Shown: piece after piece, positions 43,985-53,931 of the stretch
How positions within the stretch are numbered: position 1 is the first letter of the stretch
Layout: the number at the start of each line of letters is the position of its first letter
NCBI GenBank assembly: GCA_002335495.1
Contig: DDBW01000010.1
Location: 1 to 54,754, forward strand
Direction of reading: 5' to 3'
DNA length: 54,754 bases
Source: Candidatus Dojkabacteria bacterium UBA2022
GTDB taxonomy: Bacteria > Patescibacteriota > Dojkabacteria > SC72
Position numbers and translations under genes: made by a program
The notes under the pieces: generated by a model
Database searches by the model: none
What the model saw: the letters and a program-made list of their open reading frames with translations, nothing else
Told to the model about the DNA's origin: nothing

Positions 43985-45847
43985 ATGAAGATAATTAAAG
44001 CTATTCTAGTAACAATTTTCCTGTCGACCACCCTTCTCTCAACTCCCCTACCCGCTCTCGCCGCACAGGAGGATTTCATAATATCCAGCGACATTGAAGT
44101 TAAATATGCATACCCTGACGAATATGTAGAGGTATCTGAGAAGTACACTATTGATATAAACAATCCTGACTACTTCTACCGCACAGGATTAGAGCAAACC
44201 TTCTTTATACCTGATTACGGATCGGGCAGAGACAAAAATGCTGAACGAGCATATAAAAGAAATTCTATTAAAGTTGTAGACAGCAGCAATATTGAACTCT
44301 CGTATAAACTTCTTGAAACCGCAGACGGAATTGAGCTCCGAACAAACACCTCATCAATGATAGATAGCGACAACACATACTCAATAATTGTAACCTACAA
44401 AACCCACGACCTAATAAGCTTGAACGGCAATATTTCAAACGTCTACATACCTGGACTCCCTAAAAATACCAAATTCATAGCTAAGGAAGGAAAATTTGGA
44501 CTAGATGTCAGATACAACTTCTCTGCGACACTAATTACAAACAAGAACATTCCTGAGATATCACATACTCAACCAAAAAGTATAAAGATTTCAGATACAG
44601 GATCAGTCTACAAATTCACAGTGCCAACCGAAGATCGTTTAGGAAAAAATTCCTGGATACAGATAGGCACTAACCAATACTACTACTTCCGCATTGAGCA
44701 GGAAGCCAAACAAACCGACATGGTAACCCCACCTGTAATAACCGATATTACTGACCTGGCCTCTTCAAACATATACAAAATTGCCCTCCCAAGAGAGTAC
44801 GAAGAAACCCGGCAAACTACATATATCAAAAGCATAAATCCCGAACCGTACAAGATAGAGCGAGATATTGAGGGTAATATTTTTGCGCTCTTCAAAATCC
44901 CCGCCAATGCAGATAAAAAGATAGTTATAGAAGGTTACATTTCACAATCCAAAGACTCAATCAAAAATCAGAAACAGATCCCAAACACTCCCCTTGGTGA
45001 ATATATGACATCAATCAATGACGATCCTAAGCTTGAGAAGTATCTAAAAGCCGAGAAGTATTGGGAGAGCAACGACCCCACGATACAAAAAATTGCACAG
45101 GAATTAGCAGCAGGCACTACTACAATCTCGGAGTTAGTAAGGAAGGACTACGAGTATGTAGTCGAAAAGTTCAACTACAGTTATGAGAAACTTGCAGGAG
45201 ATAATATTAGACTAGGGGCAAAAGCTGCTCTAGCAGGCGGACCTACTATTTGTATGGAATACTCTGATGCTCTAACCGCAATCCTAAGAGCTCAAGGGAT
45301 ACCTGCCAGAATTGCTATTGGTTACGGAAACGACCCTACAGGGGCTGAGAATAAAATCTCAAACATAGAACCCGTATCTCAGGAGATAGCCCATCAATGG
45401 ACTCAGGTCTGGATTCCTAATTTTGGCTGGTTATCAGTAGACCCTACTTGGGGAGAGTCTGAGCGTGAGTATATTGGGAGCGATTTGGACCACATTCTTT
45501 GGTACGCAATAGGATCCTTTGAAGAGAAGATTGCCGATACTTCGGTATACACAGCAGATAATATTTCAAGCCAAAACATTGGAGAATACAAGATATTTCT
45601 CCAAGCTTTAAGTGAAGATGCTTTTTCCAAGGTTGAGGGAATTCAAGAGGCTTCAAAGCTAATTAACAAGTATGAAAATGTTGAGACCTTCGATATCGAC
45701 TTTACCTTAAGAACAAGCATGCTGGGACGCCTTTTAGTCTATATAATACCCGCATTAACCGCTTTTACAGGGGTATTCATATTAACGATAATAATAAGAG
45801 TTGCGATTAGGAAATTTCGAGAATTTTCTCCAAATCAAGTACAGTAA
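43985..45847 (+). CDS. Secreted, C-terminally anchored transglutaminase-like domain protein
   Basis: Signal peptide (ending ALAAQE), a Cys-His-Asp core (ICMEYSDA, HQWTQVW, SVDPTWG) and a C-terminal TM helix. Confidence 0.8.
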   Translation: MKIIKAILVTIFLSTTLLSTPLPALAAQEDFIISSDIEVKYAYPDEYVEVSEKYTIDINNPDYFYRTGLEQTFFIPDYGSGRDKNAERAYKRNSIKVVDSSNIELSYKLLETADGIELRTNTSSMIDSDNTYSIIVTYKTHDLISLNGNISNVYIPGLPKNTKFIAKEGKFGLDVRYNFSATLITNKNIPEISHTQPKSIKISDTGSVYKFTVPTEDRLGKNSWIQIGTNQYYYFRIEQEAKQTDMVTPPVITDITDLASSNIYKIALPREYEETRQTTYIKSINPEPYKIERDIEGNIFALFKIPANADKKIVIEGYISQSKDSIKNQKQIPNTPLGEYMTSINDDPKLEKYLKAEKYWESNDPTIQKIAQELAAGTTTISELVRKDYEYVVEKFNYSYEKLAGDNIRLGAKAALAGGPTICMEYSDALTAILRAQGIPARIAIGYGNDPTGAENKISNIEPVSQEIAHQWTQVWIPNFGWLSVDPTWGESEREYIGSDLDHILWYAIGSFEEKIADTSVYTADNISSQNIGEYKIFLQALSEDAFSKVEGIQEASKLINKYENVETFDIDFTLRTSMLGRLLVYIIPALTAFTGVFILTIIIRVAIRKFREFSPNQVQ

Positions 45848-47309
45848 GGGCATTATCAATTCTTGACTGGGACGAGGTATAAAGAGTTATGAGTTTATCC
45901 CCCTTCTTAATCTTGTCCCCAGCTACTTTGTGCACATATATTCCAGCCTCCTTAACGACCGGAGTACCTAGATACTTTGTAACTTTCCTAACCTCGCGGT
46001 TATTCCACATCTTGATAGTTCCATCTTTTTCACTTAGAACGTCATGAGTATACTCCCCCAGTTTGATATCTCCAATTTCAACTTCCTTTGTAGCTCCTTG
46101 TGCAAATGCAATCTCCCAGAATTTCTTTTTAGCATCACCGCTTTCAAGGAAAGATCTAGCAAGCGCTTCTCCCCTACCCTTTGGAGCCACATCACACAAC
46201 TCAAATAGCTGACCCGCCATATCAACAATAGTATTCTCAAGATCAATAGATCTTTCTGAATCCTGGCTTAAAAGCTTAAGCACCTCAATCATCTCAAGGT
46301 TAGGACCAATTCCATTTCCATCTAGGTTTTTAATATTTCTAACATAGAAAACCGACTTAATTCCGACAGCATTAAAGAGCTTTTGGAAACCTTTCTTAAT
46401 CATATCAACATCCTCTATATTTTGAACCTTAGTTCCTTTACCATGCGGGATATCAATAATTACATGAGTAATTCCCATTGCAATCTTTTTTGCCACAATA
46501 CTCACCAGCAACTTCTGATACGATTCCAAGTGAATAACTCTTTCGACATGAATTAGGACATCATCGGCAGGAGCAAGATCCAACGCCCCACCCCAAACCA
46601 TACACGCCCCAGTCTTCTTTACGGTGTCCATAATCTCATCGTTATTCAAGCTGACAGGCATAACAACCTCAAGGATATCTGAAGTACCGGCAGGAGTGGT
46701 GATAGCTCTTGTAGAGGTATTAGGAACTATCAAACCTCCACATGCCAAAATGGGTACGATTACAGGGGTAATAGCCTTTCCTGCGACCCCTCCGATAGAG
46801 TGTTTATCTGCAACAATGCCACCTTTTCCTAGATGAGAAAAATCCAACTTAAGACCAGAATTTGCCATTCCTTCCGTCATCCACTGAACCTCCTCCTCAT
46901 CAAAACCTGGATTGAAAAAAGTACTCATGAAATATGCAACCTCTGTCATTCCAATCTTCCTACTCCCCATATCCTGCATGATCTGGTACAACTGGTCCTT
47001 ATTCAGCTTGTTTCCCAACATTTTCTTCTTGATATGCTCTATCGATTCAGAGGGCGTTATTAACTGAACAAGAGACATAGTATCGTTAACAATTTCAAAC
47101 TTCATCCAGATGTCTCTATATATACCAACCGAACCTATCTCTATAGCTGAGTCGGTTACACTTGCTCTCACATTAAGAGTTATATCCCCCATCGATAACT
47201 CAACCAGATCTCCATCATAAATCCCCTCTCTTAAAGCATCCGTCGTATGCAGAAGGATATAGAAATCATCACCGTTATCAATATCAACTTTCTTAACTCT
47301 CAAGTACAT
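45807..47309 (-). CDS. AMP phosphorylase (archaeal-type thymidine phosphorylase family, about 500 aa with extra N-terminal domain)
   Basis: The N-terminal domain (MYLRVKKVDIDNG...) precedes a thymidine phosphorylase core (HSIGGVAGKAITPVIVPI). Length and neighbour fit AMPpase better than the 430-aa bacterial DeoA. Confidence 0.75.
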   Translation of the reverse strand: MYLRVKKVDIDNGDDFYILLHTTDALREGIYDGDLVELSMGDITLNVRASVTDSAIEIGSVGIYRDIWMKFEIVNDTMSLVQLITPSESIEHIKKKMLGNKLNKDQLYQIMQDMGSRKIGMTEVAYFMSTFFNPGFDEEEVQWMTEGMANSGLKLDFSHLGKGGIVADKHSIGGVAGKAITPVIVPILACGGLIVPNTSTRAITTPAGTSDILEVVMPVSLNNDEIMDTVKKTGACMVWGGALDLAPADDVLIHVERVIHLESYQKLLVSIVAKKIAMGITHVIIDIPHGKGTKVQNIEDVDMIKKGFQKLFNAVGIKSVFYVRNIKNLDGNGIGPNLEMIEVLKLLSQDSERSIDLENTIVDMAGQLFELCDVAPKGRGEALARSFLESGDAKKKFWEIAFAQGATKEVEIGDIKLGEYTHDVLSEKDGTIKMWNNREVRKVTKYLGTPVVKEAGIYVHKVAGDKIKKGDKLITLYTSSQSRIDNALTVLDLEKILEIS

Positions 47310-47327
47310 CTGTTAAAGTATAAAAAA

Positions 47328-48281
47328 TTAAAATACCCAGCCGTAATTTTCTCGTAAGACTCGCACAACATCTTCAGGTTTAACTAATCCAAACTCCGTA
47401 AGAAAACCCGCAACAAACTGCTTGTTTATAAAATCAAAGGCAGGATTAAACATCTTGAGCCCTTTTGGAGCTTCAGGCCATAATTCATCGGACTCTCTAA
47501 CCTCAATTTCAACTGATTGATAAGCACTAGCAGGATTCACTTTAAGCAGAGGAGTTACAACATACACAGGAATATTTGCGTAGTAAGAGGCCAAACCAAT
47601 CCCCCAGCTTCCAACCTTATTTACAAAGTCACCGTGAATAGTAATCTCGTCGGCACCCAAAAAGACACTTTGAACAGGAAATCCAGCTCGACCAATTATG
47701 TAAGTCTCAGCGGCACTATCAGCAATCAAAGTTGTGTCTAAACCTTTATCCAAAAGGTTAGCCGCTGTAATTCGGCCCTGGAATAAAGGCCTCGTTTCAG
47801 TACAGACAACTTTAAAGCCTTCTTTGCCTTTTGCCATTTCGTATATTAATCTCTCAGCGGTCGAGGAGTGACAGTGGGTAAATGCATAATGGGTATCGGT
47901 AAATAACGAGAGATTCTTTTGAACAATCTGCTCCTTTGAATCCCTTATCATTCCCAAGTACTCATCACATAAGGAGATCAAAATCTGTCGAATCTCGTTT
48001 GAATCGGTAGGGCTATGATATTTGACTTTAAAAAAGTAGTTCAGGAATTTTAATCCGTTCTGGGCAAGAGGCTCATTCGGTCTAGCATACGCCAGTTTAC
48101 TCCCTACACTCATAGCCTTTTCAAAAATATCACTATCCAAGTTTGACCCGATATTTTGCAAGTATATTTTAATTCCCTCAAAGGTAGCTATGGCTACGTT
48201 GGTTGCACCCTGAATTTTAATAGATTTGATATCCTTAAGAATATCTTCAATATTTTGGTATTTATACTTATCAAAACTCAT
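47328..48281 (-). CDS. Ribose-1,5-bisphosphate isomerase (eIF-2B alpha/beta/delta-like family)
   Basis: IKIQGATNVAIA N-terminus and VCTETRPLFQGR family motif, directly downstream of the AMPpase. Confidence 0.75.
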   Translation of the reverse strand: MSFDKYKYQNIEDILKDIKSIKIQGATNVAIATFEGIKIYLQNIGSNLDSDIFEKAMSVGSKLAYARPNEPLAQNGLKFLNYFFKVKYHSPTDSNEIRQILISLCDEYLGMIRDSKEQIVQKNLSLFTDTHYAFTHCHSSTAERLIYEMAKGKEGFKVVCTETRPLFQGRITAANLLDKGLDTTLIADSAAETYIIGRAGFPVQSVFLGADEITIHGDFVNKVGSWGIGLASYYANIPVYVVTPLLKVNPASAYQSVEIEVRESDELWPEAPKGLKMFNPAFDFINKQFVAGFLTEFGLVKPEDVVRVLRENYGWVF

Positions 48282-48286
48282 AATGA

Positions 48287-49720
48287 CTACTCTAAAGTTA
48301 CAACCTCATTTAAAGATGGGACATGAGTATCAACAGACAACTCCTCCTTCATAGTATCTGCAAACTCCTGAGCGACATCAGCCTCTCCGTGTACCATGAA
48401 AACTCTCCTCGGAGTGTGACCGAAACCTCTCAACCAGTACCGCAGGTCATTTTGATCTGCATGCGCAGAGAAACCTCCCAATGTATGCACTTGAGCTCGG
48501 ACCTCCATTCTTTTACCTTTAATGTATACCTCAGGTTCACCATCAACAATCTTTCGACCCAAAGTCCCCTCTACCTGATACCCTACAAATACTATGCTTG
48601 TGCGAGAGCTACCTATATTATTCTCGAGATGATGGAGAATTCTTCCCCCTGTACACATACCGCTACCAGCAATAATAATACACCCTCTTTTATCTATCAG
48701 ACGCTTTGAATCCTCTGCAGATTCCGTCTCGTGGAATCCTGCAAAATGGAATGGATCATCACCCTTTTCAAGTAATCGCTGAGCGTCTTCATCGTAAAAG
48801 TTTGGAAACTGCCGGAAGATTTTAACAGTTTCGGATGCCATAGGACTATCCAAGTAAACTGGCATATCAGCAAGCAATCGGTTTTCAAAGAAAAGGTTCA
48901 ACTCGTAGATAATCTCCTGAGCTCTTTCAATCGCAAAAGAAGGAATAAGAACATTACCACCTCGTTGCTGAGTATCCTTAAGGATAGATAGGAACTCCAA
49001 CAAAGTCTCGTCTTTATTTCGATGAGTTCTGTTTCCGTAAGTAGACTCAACAATTACATAGTCTGCTTCTCTAACTAAATCAGGGTCTTTTACAATTCTC
49101 TGTCCGGACTGTCCAAGGTCGCCTGAAAACACAACCTTTCGAGTTCTTCCGTCCCCGTTAGTCAACCAGAATTCGAACATTGCAGAGCCTAAAATATGCC
49201 CTGCATCTCTCATTCTGAATTCGACCCCGTTTCTAAAGTCAACAGAATCACCGTATGGGTAGACATCAAAATATGTCATAAGTTCATTCACATCATCAGT
49301 GGTATACATTGGGGGTCTAACCTCATGATTACCGTATCCCCTCTCACCGTAACCACCGTTCCCTCCATTTCCATTCTTTGGTTTTGCTGACCATCTTTTA
49401 TACTCTTCTTCCTGAAGACCAGCTGCGTCAAGCAATACAATTCTGGCAATATCCCTTGAAGGCTGAGTCGTTATAATCCTACCCTTGAAACCCTGCTTTA
49501 CAAGCAGTGGTAACCTTCCGCAGTGATCAAAGTGACCATGGGTTAGAAATACATAATCGAGCTCGGCGGGATTAAATGGGAAAGGCTCGTAGTTAAGATC
49601 ATCAAGTTCTTTCGTCCCCTGAAAAGCTCCGCAGTCAACTATAAATTTTATTTTACCAGTATCTACGTAAAAACAAGAACCCGTAACAGTCTTAGCTCCA
49701 CCACAGAATTGCAACTTCAT
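48287..49720 (-). CDS. MBL-fold beta-CASP family ribonuclease (CPSF-like)
   Basis: LTHGHFDHCG (HxHxDH), downstream beta-CASP Asp/His motifs, and a C-terminal GFSAHAD block. Confidence 0.85.
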   Translation of the reverse strand: MKLQFCGGAKTVTGSCFYVDTGKIKFIVDCGAFQGTKELDDLNYEPFPFNPAELDYVFLTHGHFDHCGRLPLLVKQGFKGRIITTQPSRDIARIVLLDAAGLQEEEYKRWSAKPKNGNGGNGGYGERGYGNHEVRPPMYTTDDVNELMTYFDVYPYGDSVDFRNGVEFRMRDAGHILGSAMFEFWLTNGDGRTRKVVFSGDLGQSGQRIVKDPDLVREADYVIVESTYGNRTHRNKDETLLEFLSILKDTQQRGGNVLIPSFAIERAQEIIYELNLFFENRLLADMPVYLDSPMASETVKIFRQFPNFYDEDAQRLLEKGDDPFHFAGFHETESAEDSKRLIDKRGCIIIAGSGMCTGGRILHHLENNIGSSRTSIVFVGYQVEGTLGRKIVDGEPEVYIKGKRMEVRAQVHTLGGFSAHADQNDLRYWLRGFGHTPRRVFMVHGEADVAQEFADTMKEELSVDTHVPSLNEVVTLE

Positions 49721-49787
49721 GAATCTTGGGCAGTAATATTATATGTTCAATAGTACCAAGAGATTATATATGTGACAAGCCAAGCCA

Positions 49788-51203
49788 CTAGATCTCTCGA
49801 GATAGTTCCAAAAGGGTCTCTTTTTGATTGAGCATGGGATCATCAATAACCTTTTCGAGCAAGGCTTTCAACTTCCTTCCGACCTCAGGTCCTGAGAAGC
49901 CTAGCGCCTGCAGATCGTTACCATTGATTTTTAAATCAGTCACTTTCAAGGCCATATCTTTGCTCCTGACTTCAGATATACGAATCTGCAACTGGGCTAT
50001 CTCTTCAGGTTTGAAACCTGTCATCGGATTAGAAGATGCATCCGCAATACGAAGAGAAAAAAGGTCTTCAAGATTTTCCTCCCCCACTCTAGCTATAAAT
50101 CTACGAACTGCAGAATCTGACCACTCCTTATCTTTAAGTTTCTGTTGATCCTCCTCGCTCATTCCATCTTCATAATGAGGGTAGTAGAACATATGATTCT
50201 TAACTAGATTAACCACCTTTTTAATCTCATGCTTAGAAAACCTTAGTCTTGTCATTATTGTTTCAGTCATAGCAGCCCCCTCAGTATCATGCCCATAAAA
50301 GTGACCATCTCCCATATCTTTTCTTGGTTTCCCGATATCGTGAAGCAAAGCTGCAAGCTTAATTCGATCTGGTGCAACGTCACAGGTTTTCAAGCTGTGA
50401 TAGTACACATCATCGGCATGAAATTTCCTCTGTACAACTCCATACCCTTCTAATAGTTCAGGCATAAACAGTTCAAGGAGACCAGTTTTTCTCATAAGCT
50501 CAATCCCAATAGATGGCTTGCTTGAATTCAAAAGCATCTTCATAAATTCGTCACGAACTCTCTCCATAGAGACCTGGGCTGCAACGGGAAGAGATTGTGA
50601 GATAGCCTTTAAGGTCTCCTCCTCAATATCGAAACCCAATTGGGCGGCCATACGACACGCCTTATAAGCACGTAAACCATCCTCCTTGAACCTTTCCAAA
50701 GGAGTTCCCACAGCCCGAACAACTTTCAAACCAAGATCTCTCATGCCATCAAATGGATCATAAACCTCCCACTCTTTTTCAACATTGGCACCATCAAGAG
50801 AGTCAGAGGAGAGATCCAACGCCATGGCATTAAATGTAAAGTCCCTACGACCGAGGTCCTGGTCAATCTCCTTTATGAACGTAACTTTGGTTGGCCATCT
50901 GCCGTCAACATATCCTTCTTCACTTCTAAAAGTAGTAACTTGCACCTCCATGTTTTCCCCATTCTCATCAGGAACAATAGCTGACACCATTCCAAAACGC
51001 ATACCTGTAGCAACTGATTTGGGGAAGATGTGCAACATTTCTTCAGGAGTTGCATCAGTAGCAAGATCGTAGTCGTCAGGGATAATTCCCAAGACTACAT
51101 CTCGGAGAGCACCTCCAACGAGATAGCATTGATAACCTTCTTTTAAAAGCATCCTTGCAACCTTCTGTACATAATCGGGTATTAAAAATTTCACTTTTTC
51201 CAT
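49788..51203 (-). CDS. cca: CCA-adding tRNA nucleotidyltransferase with HD domain
   Basis: GGALRD, DYDLAT (class II NTase) and LLHDIGKP (HD). Confidence 0.85.
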   Translation of the reverse strand: MEKVKFLIPDYVQKVARMLLKEGYQCYLVGGALRDVVLGIIPDDYDLATDATPEEMLHIFPKSVATGMRFGMVSAIVPDENGENMEVQVTTFRSEEGYVDGRWPTKVTFIKEIDQDLGRRDFTFNAMALDLSSDSLDGANVEKEWEVYDPFDGMRDLGLKVVRAVGTPLERFKEDGLRAYKACRMAAQLGFDIEEETLKAISQSLPVAAQVSMERVRDEFMKMLLNSSKPSIGIELMRKTGLLELFMPELLEGYGVVQRKFHADDVYYHSLKTCDVAPDRIKLAALLHDIGKPRKDMGDGHFYGHDTEGAAMTETIMTRLRFSKHEIKKVVNLVKNHMFYYPHYEDGMSEEDQQKLKDKEWSDSAVRRFIARVGEENLEDLFSLRIADASSNPMTGFKPEEIAQLQIRISEVRSKDMALKVTDLKINGNDLQALGFSGPEVGRKLKALLEKVIDDPMLNQKETLLELSREI

Positions 51204-51256
51204 ATCGCTATTCTATCTGTATATTCACTCTAACACAACTTCTGATATACTGAGTT

Positions 51257-52318
51257 ATGAGAAATTTCTTTAATGTTGTAAGAGTCATTTTAACTATCCC
51301 CCTTTTCATACTTCTAGCCATCGTCCTTATTCTCTCCCCTCTTCTAATTTCGCTCAAATTCACAGTATTTAACGCAGACTACATCAAAAACATAGTAGGA
51401 AACGAAAAAACTCTTCAAATAGTTGAGGATAACGTTTTCAAGAACACCGAGGAAGAAGGGGCGAAACTTATTGAAGATATGATTTTTGGAGATACAACAT
51501 TCCTAAAAAATACCCTCTATCAAGGGATCGACAATGTATTTATCTGGCTAGAGAGGGATACCGACCAAATATCTGTAACAGCAGATAGAAATGAGGCTGA
51601 AAATAAATATCTGGGTATTGCGTACGATCGTATGGAGCAAGAGATTCAGAAAGAACTGGGTAAAAATGTAGATCTCTCTAAAGTTCCCCTGTGTAAAAAA
51701 AATCTTAGCAATGAAGAGCTTAAAATTCGATTTATCGATGGAGTTCCCTGTCTTCCTGTAGATTTAAAAACAGCGGTTAACGAAAGCTTTAAAGAATTAG
51801 GTTTAAATCCAAATGAAGATACGATAACTCTTTTCTCAGTACCTAAAGAGAATTTAACGCAGCTGGATCTGCTTCGAACAGTATATTGGATAATCGAGAA
51901 TTCCATTGCACTAACAATCGGAACCATTCTCTCACTCTTAGTACTCATTGTTATTATTTCACCAAAGACCACAACAGGATACATACTATCGGGAATTTTC
52001 ACATTAATAATCTCAACAGCAAACCTAGCAATCTTTTCATATATTCCATATTTCAAGGTTGACGATCTATTAAAGAGAGTTAATGTTGAAAGGAATGAAA
52101 TATCAGAAGAGATTATTAGAGAGGCATATGAGAACGTATTTAGCAAAATTATTTTGGACATTGGTGAAATAGGTAGAAATGTATCACTCTATATTCTTAC
52201 TTCTTCGGTATTAATAATCGCGACATATATTGCATATAGAGTAGTTAGCAAGAAGAAAGAAACTAAAGAAACTTCTCAATCTACGACCGAAGAAAGAACG
52301 AAACCTAAGAGTAAATAA
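51257..52318 (+). CDS. Hypothetical membrane protein (N-terminal TM helix, C-terminal TM cluster, basic tail)
   Basis: ORF and hydrophobicity pattern only. Confidence 0.55.
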   Translation: MRNFFNVVRVILTIPLFILLAIVLILSPLLISLKFTVFNADYIKNIVGNEKTLQIVEDNVFKNTEEEGAKLIEDMIFGDTTFLKNTLYQGIDNVFIWLERDTDQISVTADRNEAENKYLGIAYDRMEQEIQKELGKNVDLSKVPLCKKNLSNEELKIRFIDGVPCLPVDLKTAVNESFKELGLNPNEDTITLFSVPKENLTQLDLLRTVYWIIENSIALTIGTILSLLVLIVIISPKTTTGYILSGIFTLIISTANLAIFSYIPYFKVDDLLKRVNVERNEISEEIIREAYENVFSKIILDIGEIGRNVSLYILTSSVLIIATYIAYRVVSKKKETKETSQSTTEERTKPKSK

Positions 52319-52376
52319 CGCACCTCAAACAATAGCCTTAGACTTACCGCCTTACCCTATAGTATAACGTTCCCTT

Positions 52377-53102
52377 ATGAGAACAGGGTTAATAAATCTA
52401 TCATTAATAACAGCAATAACATTAAGTGGCTGCGGCACCGCATCTAAAGAGGGCAGTCCACTCCAAGAGCATGCAATGCAGGCTGCACAACAAACAGCAG
52501 AAGAGGCAGGAGTTTGTCCTGTAGGAACATCATACAATGTTCAATACGCAAGCGGTCTAAATGGTAATTCGAAAACCGGACCAAGTCCATTTGATGGAAG
52601 GTTGAGAATATTAATGATGAACTACGATGATTCAATTTTTCAGCATGACGCATCACTCCATGAAGTACTCCACTATTGTCACGATCTCTACTACTCAGAA
52701 TCCTACCCTACCCCGATACCTACGTATAAAGGGAAAGTTGTTAAAGCACTAGGCTTTCTGCAAATTTATGAGAATGGAGATTATGACCCAATAATTGAAG
52801 AAGCGTATGCGTATTATATGGTACCTGAGATAAGAGACACATGGGAATCTGGGCCTGAATCAAATTACACAATAGGTAATTACAACCTAGCTAGGTTTAT
52901 GGAGGCTATAGTATTCGATACCAATAACATTAATCCTTCGAAAATGACATTAAGCCAATTCATGTATGCTGTATTCCTTAAACCAATGGACACTCATCCT
53001 GAACTACTTTCGGAAATGACGAGAATTATGCACGAGGTTCATGATGGAGTAATATCGATTGACGATGCCATGTATTACATATACTGGTTAAGAGGACAGT
53101 AG
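52377..53102 (+). CDS. Predicted lipoprotein with HExxH motif (putative secreted Zn-metallopeptidase)
   Basis: Signal peptide plus lipobox (ITLSGC), SLHEVLHYCHD (HExxH), and a downstream IIEEAYAYY as a possible third ligand. Confidence 0.5.
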   Translation: MRTGLINLSLITAITLSGCGTASKEGSPLQEHAMQAAQQTAEEAGVCPVGTSYNVQYASGLNGNSKTGPSPFDGRLRILMMNYDDSIFQHDASLHEVLHYCHDLYYSESYPTPIPTYKGKVVKALGFLQIYENGDYDPIIEEAYAYYMVPEIRDTWESGPESNYTIGNYNLARFMEAIVFDTNNINPSKMTLSQFMYAVFLKPMDTHPELLSEMTRIMHEVHDGVISIDDAMYYIYWLRGQ

Positions 53103-53130
53103 GTAAATCTAAGTCGTGACCTTAAATATT

Positions 53131-53139
53131 TGATATAAT
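53131..53139 (+). promoter_or_regulatory. Extended -10 element TGATATAAT
   Basis: Matches TGnTATAAT exactly. The ATG of the next gene is only 7 nt downstream, with no Shine-Dalgarno. Confidence 0.3.
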
Positions 53140-53146
53140 TTCCATA

Positions 53147-53902
53147 ATGATGGGAGCATTCGGACAGCCAAACAGTAGTAGTGGAATAAATGAAGCATCG
53201 ATAGCTGGAATAAATAATGCAAGACGAGAGTTCGGAGATCTGCCTTATCCAGTAGCTGATTTTGTACCTATCTCACCAGAATATCCAATAGATAACCCTA
53301 TTGAACGATTAAAAGATGTGCTTATAGCTCATGCACCAGAGCTATTTCATCACCAAACAGATGCGGAAAGTTGCTATAGCCATAGTATTATCCACGCCCT
53401 AGAGGTGATAGCTTTCTTACAAGATAAAAGTGAAGGCCTATCTCTCCCCCATCCCCGATTACTCCATGAAGCAATACCAAAAGAATATAAAGATCCAAGG
53501 ACAGGTATGATAACTTCAAGCAAAGCAGATTCGATCGGGTTTATGACACAGGTGATTAAAAGGTTTGCAAGTGTAGAAAACAAACTGGAAATCGATTTGA
53601 GCACCCTTCATAATAGCAGGCAACAGTTACAACAAGAGTTAAGAATAGGTAACATTGCAATCGTCATCATACCTAATAGTGTGCACGCGGTAGTGGCTTT
53701 AAAAGCGAATGAAGACGGAACCCTCGTATGTATAGACTCATTAAGTGCCACACTCATAAAGAACTATAATATAAGCGAGATTGATCCAGCCTCGACAGTA
53801 ATGATTTCACCGCATAAGAGGTTGTCTCGAACTACTCTGTCTGTGACTCCTGAAAACTCAACATCAAAGGTGAGGATCATAAGGTCTAACGAAAAAATAT
53901 AA
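53147..53902 (+). CDS. Hypothetical protein with papain-like (clan CA, C39-like) Cys-His-Asp arrangement
   Basis: Q70 lies six residues before C76 (QTDAESCYSHS). H180 sits in a beta-strand-like NSVHAVVAL, and D197 follows 17 residues later (VCIDSL). Confidence 0.45.
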   Translation: MMGAFGQPNSSSGINEASIAGINNARREFGDLPYPVADFVPISPEYPIDNPIERLKDVLIAHAPELFHHQTDAESCYSHSIIHALEVIAFLQDKSEGLSLPHPRLLHEAIPKEYKDPRTGMITSSKADSIGFMTQVIKRFASVENKLEIDLSTLHNSRQQLQQELRIGNIAIVIIPNSVHAVVALKANEDGTLVCIDSLSATLIKNYNISEIDPASTVMISPHKRLSRTTLSVTPENSTSKVRIIRSNEKI

Positions 53903-53931
53903 GGCTGTTTAAAATTTGACAGATAAATATT

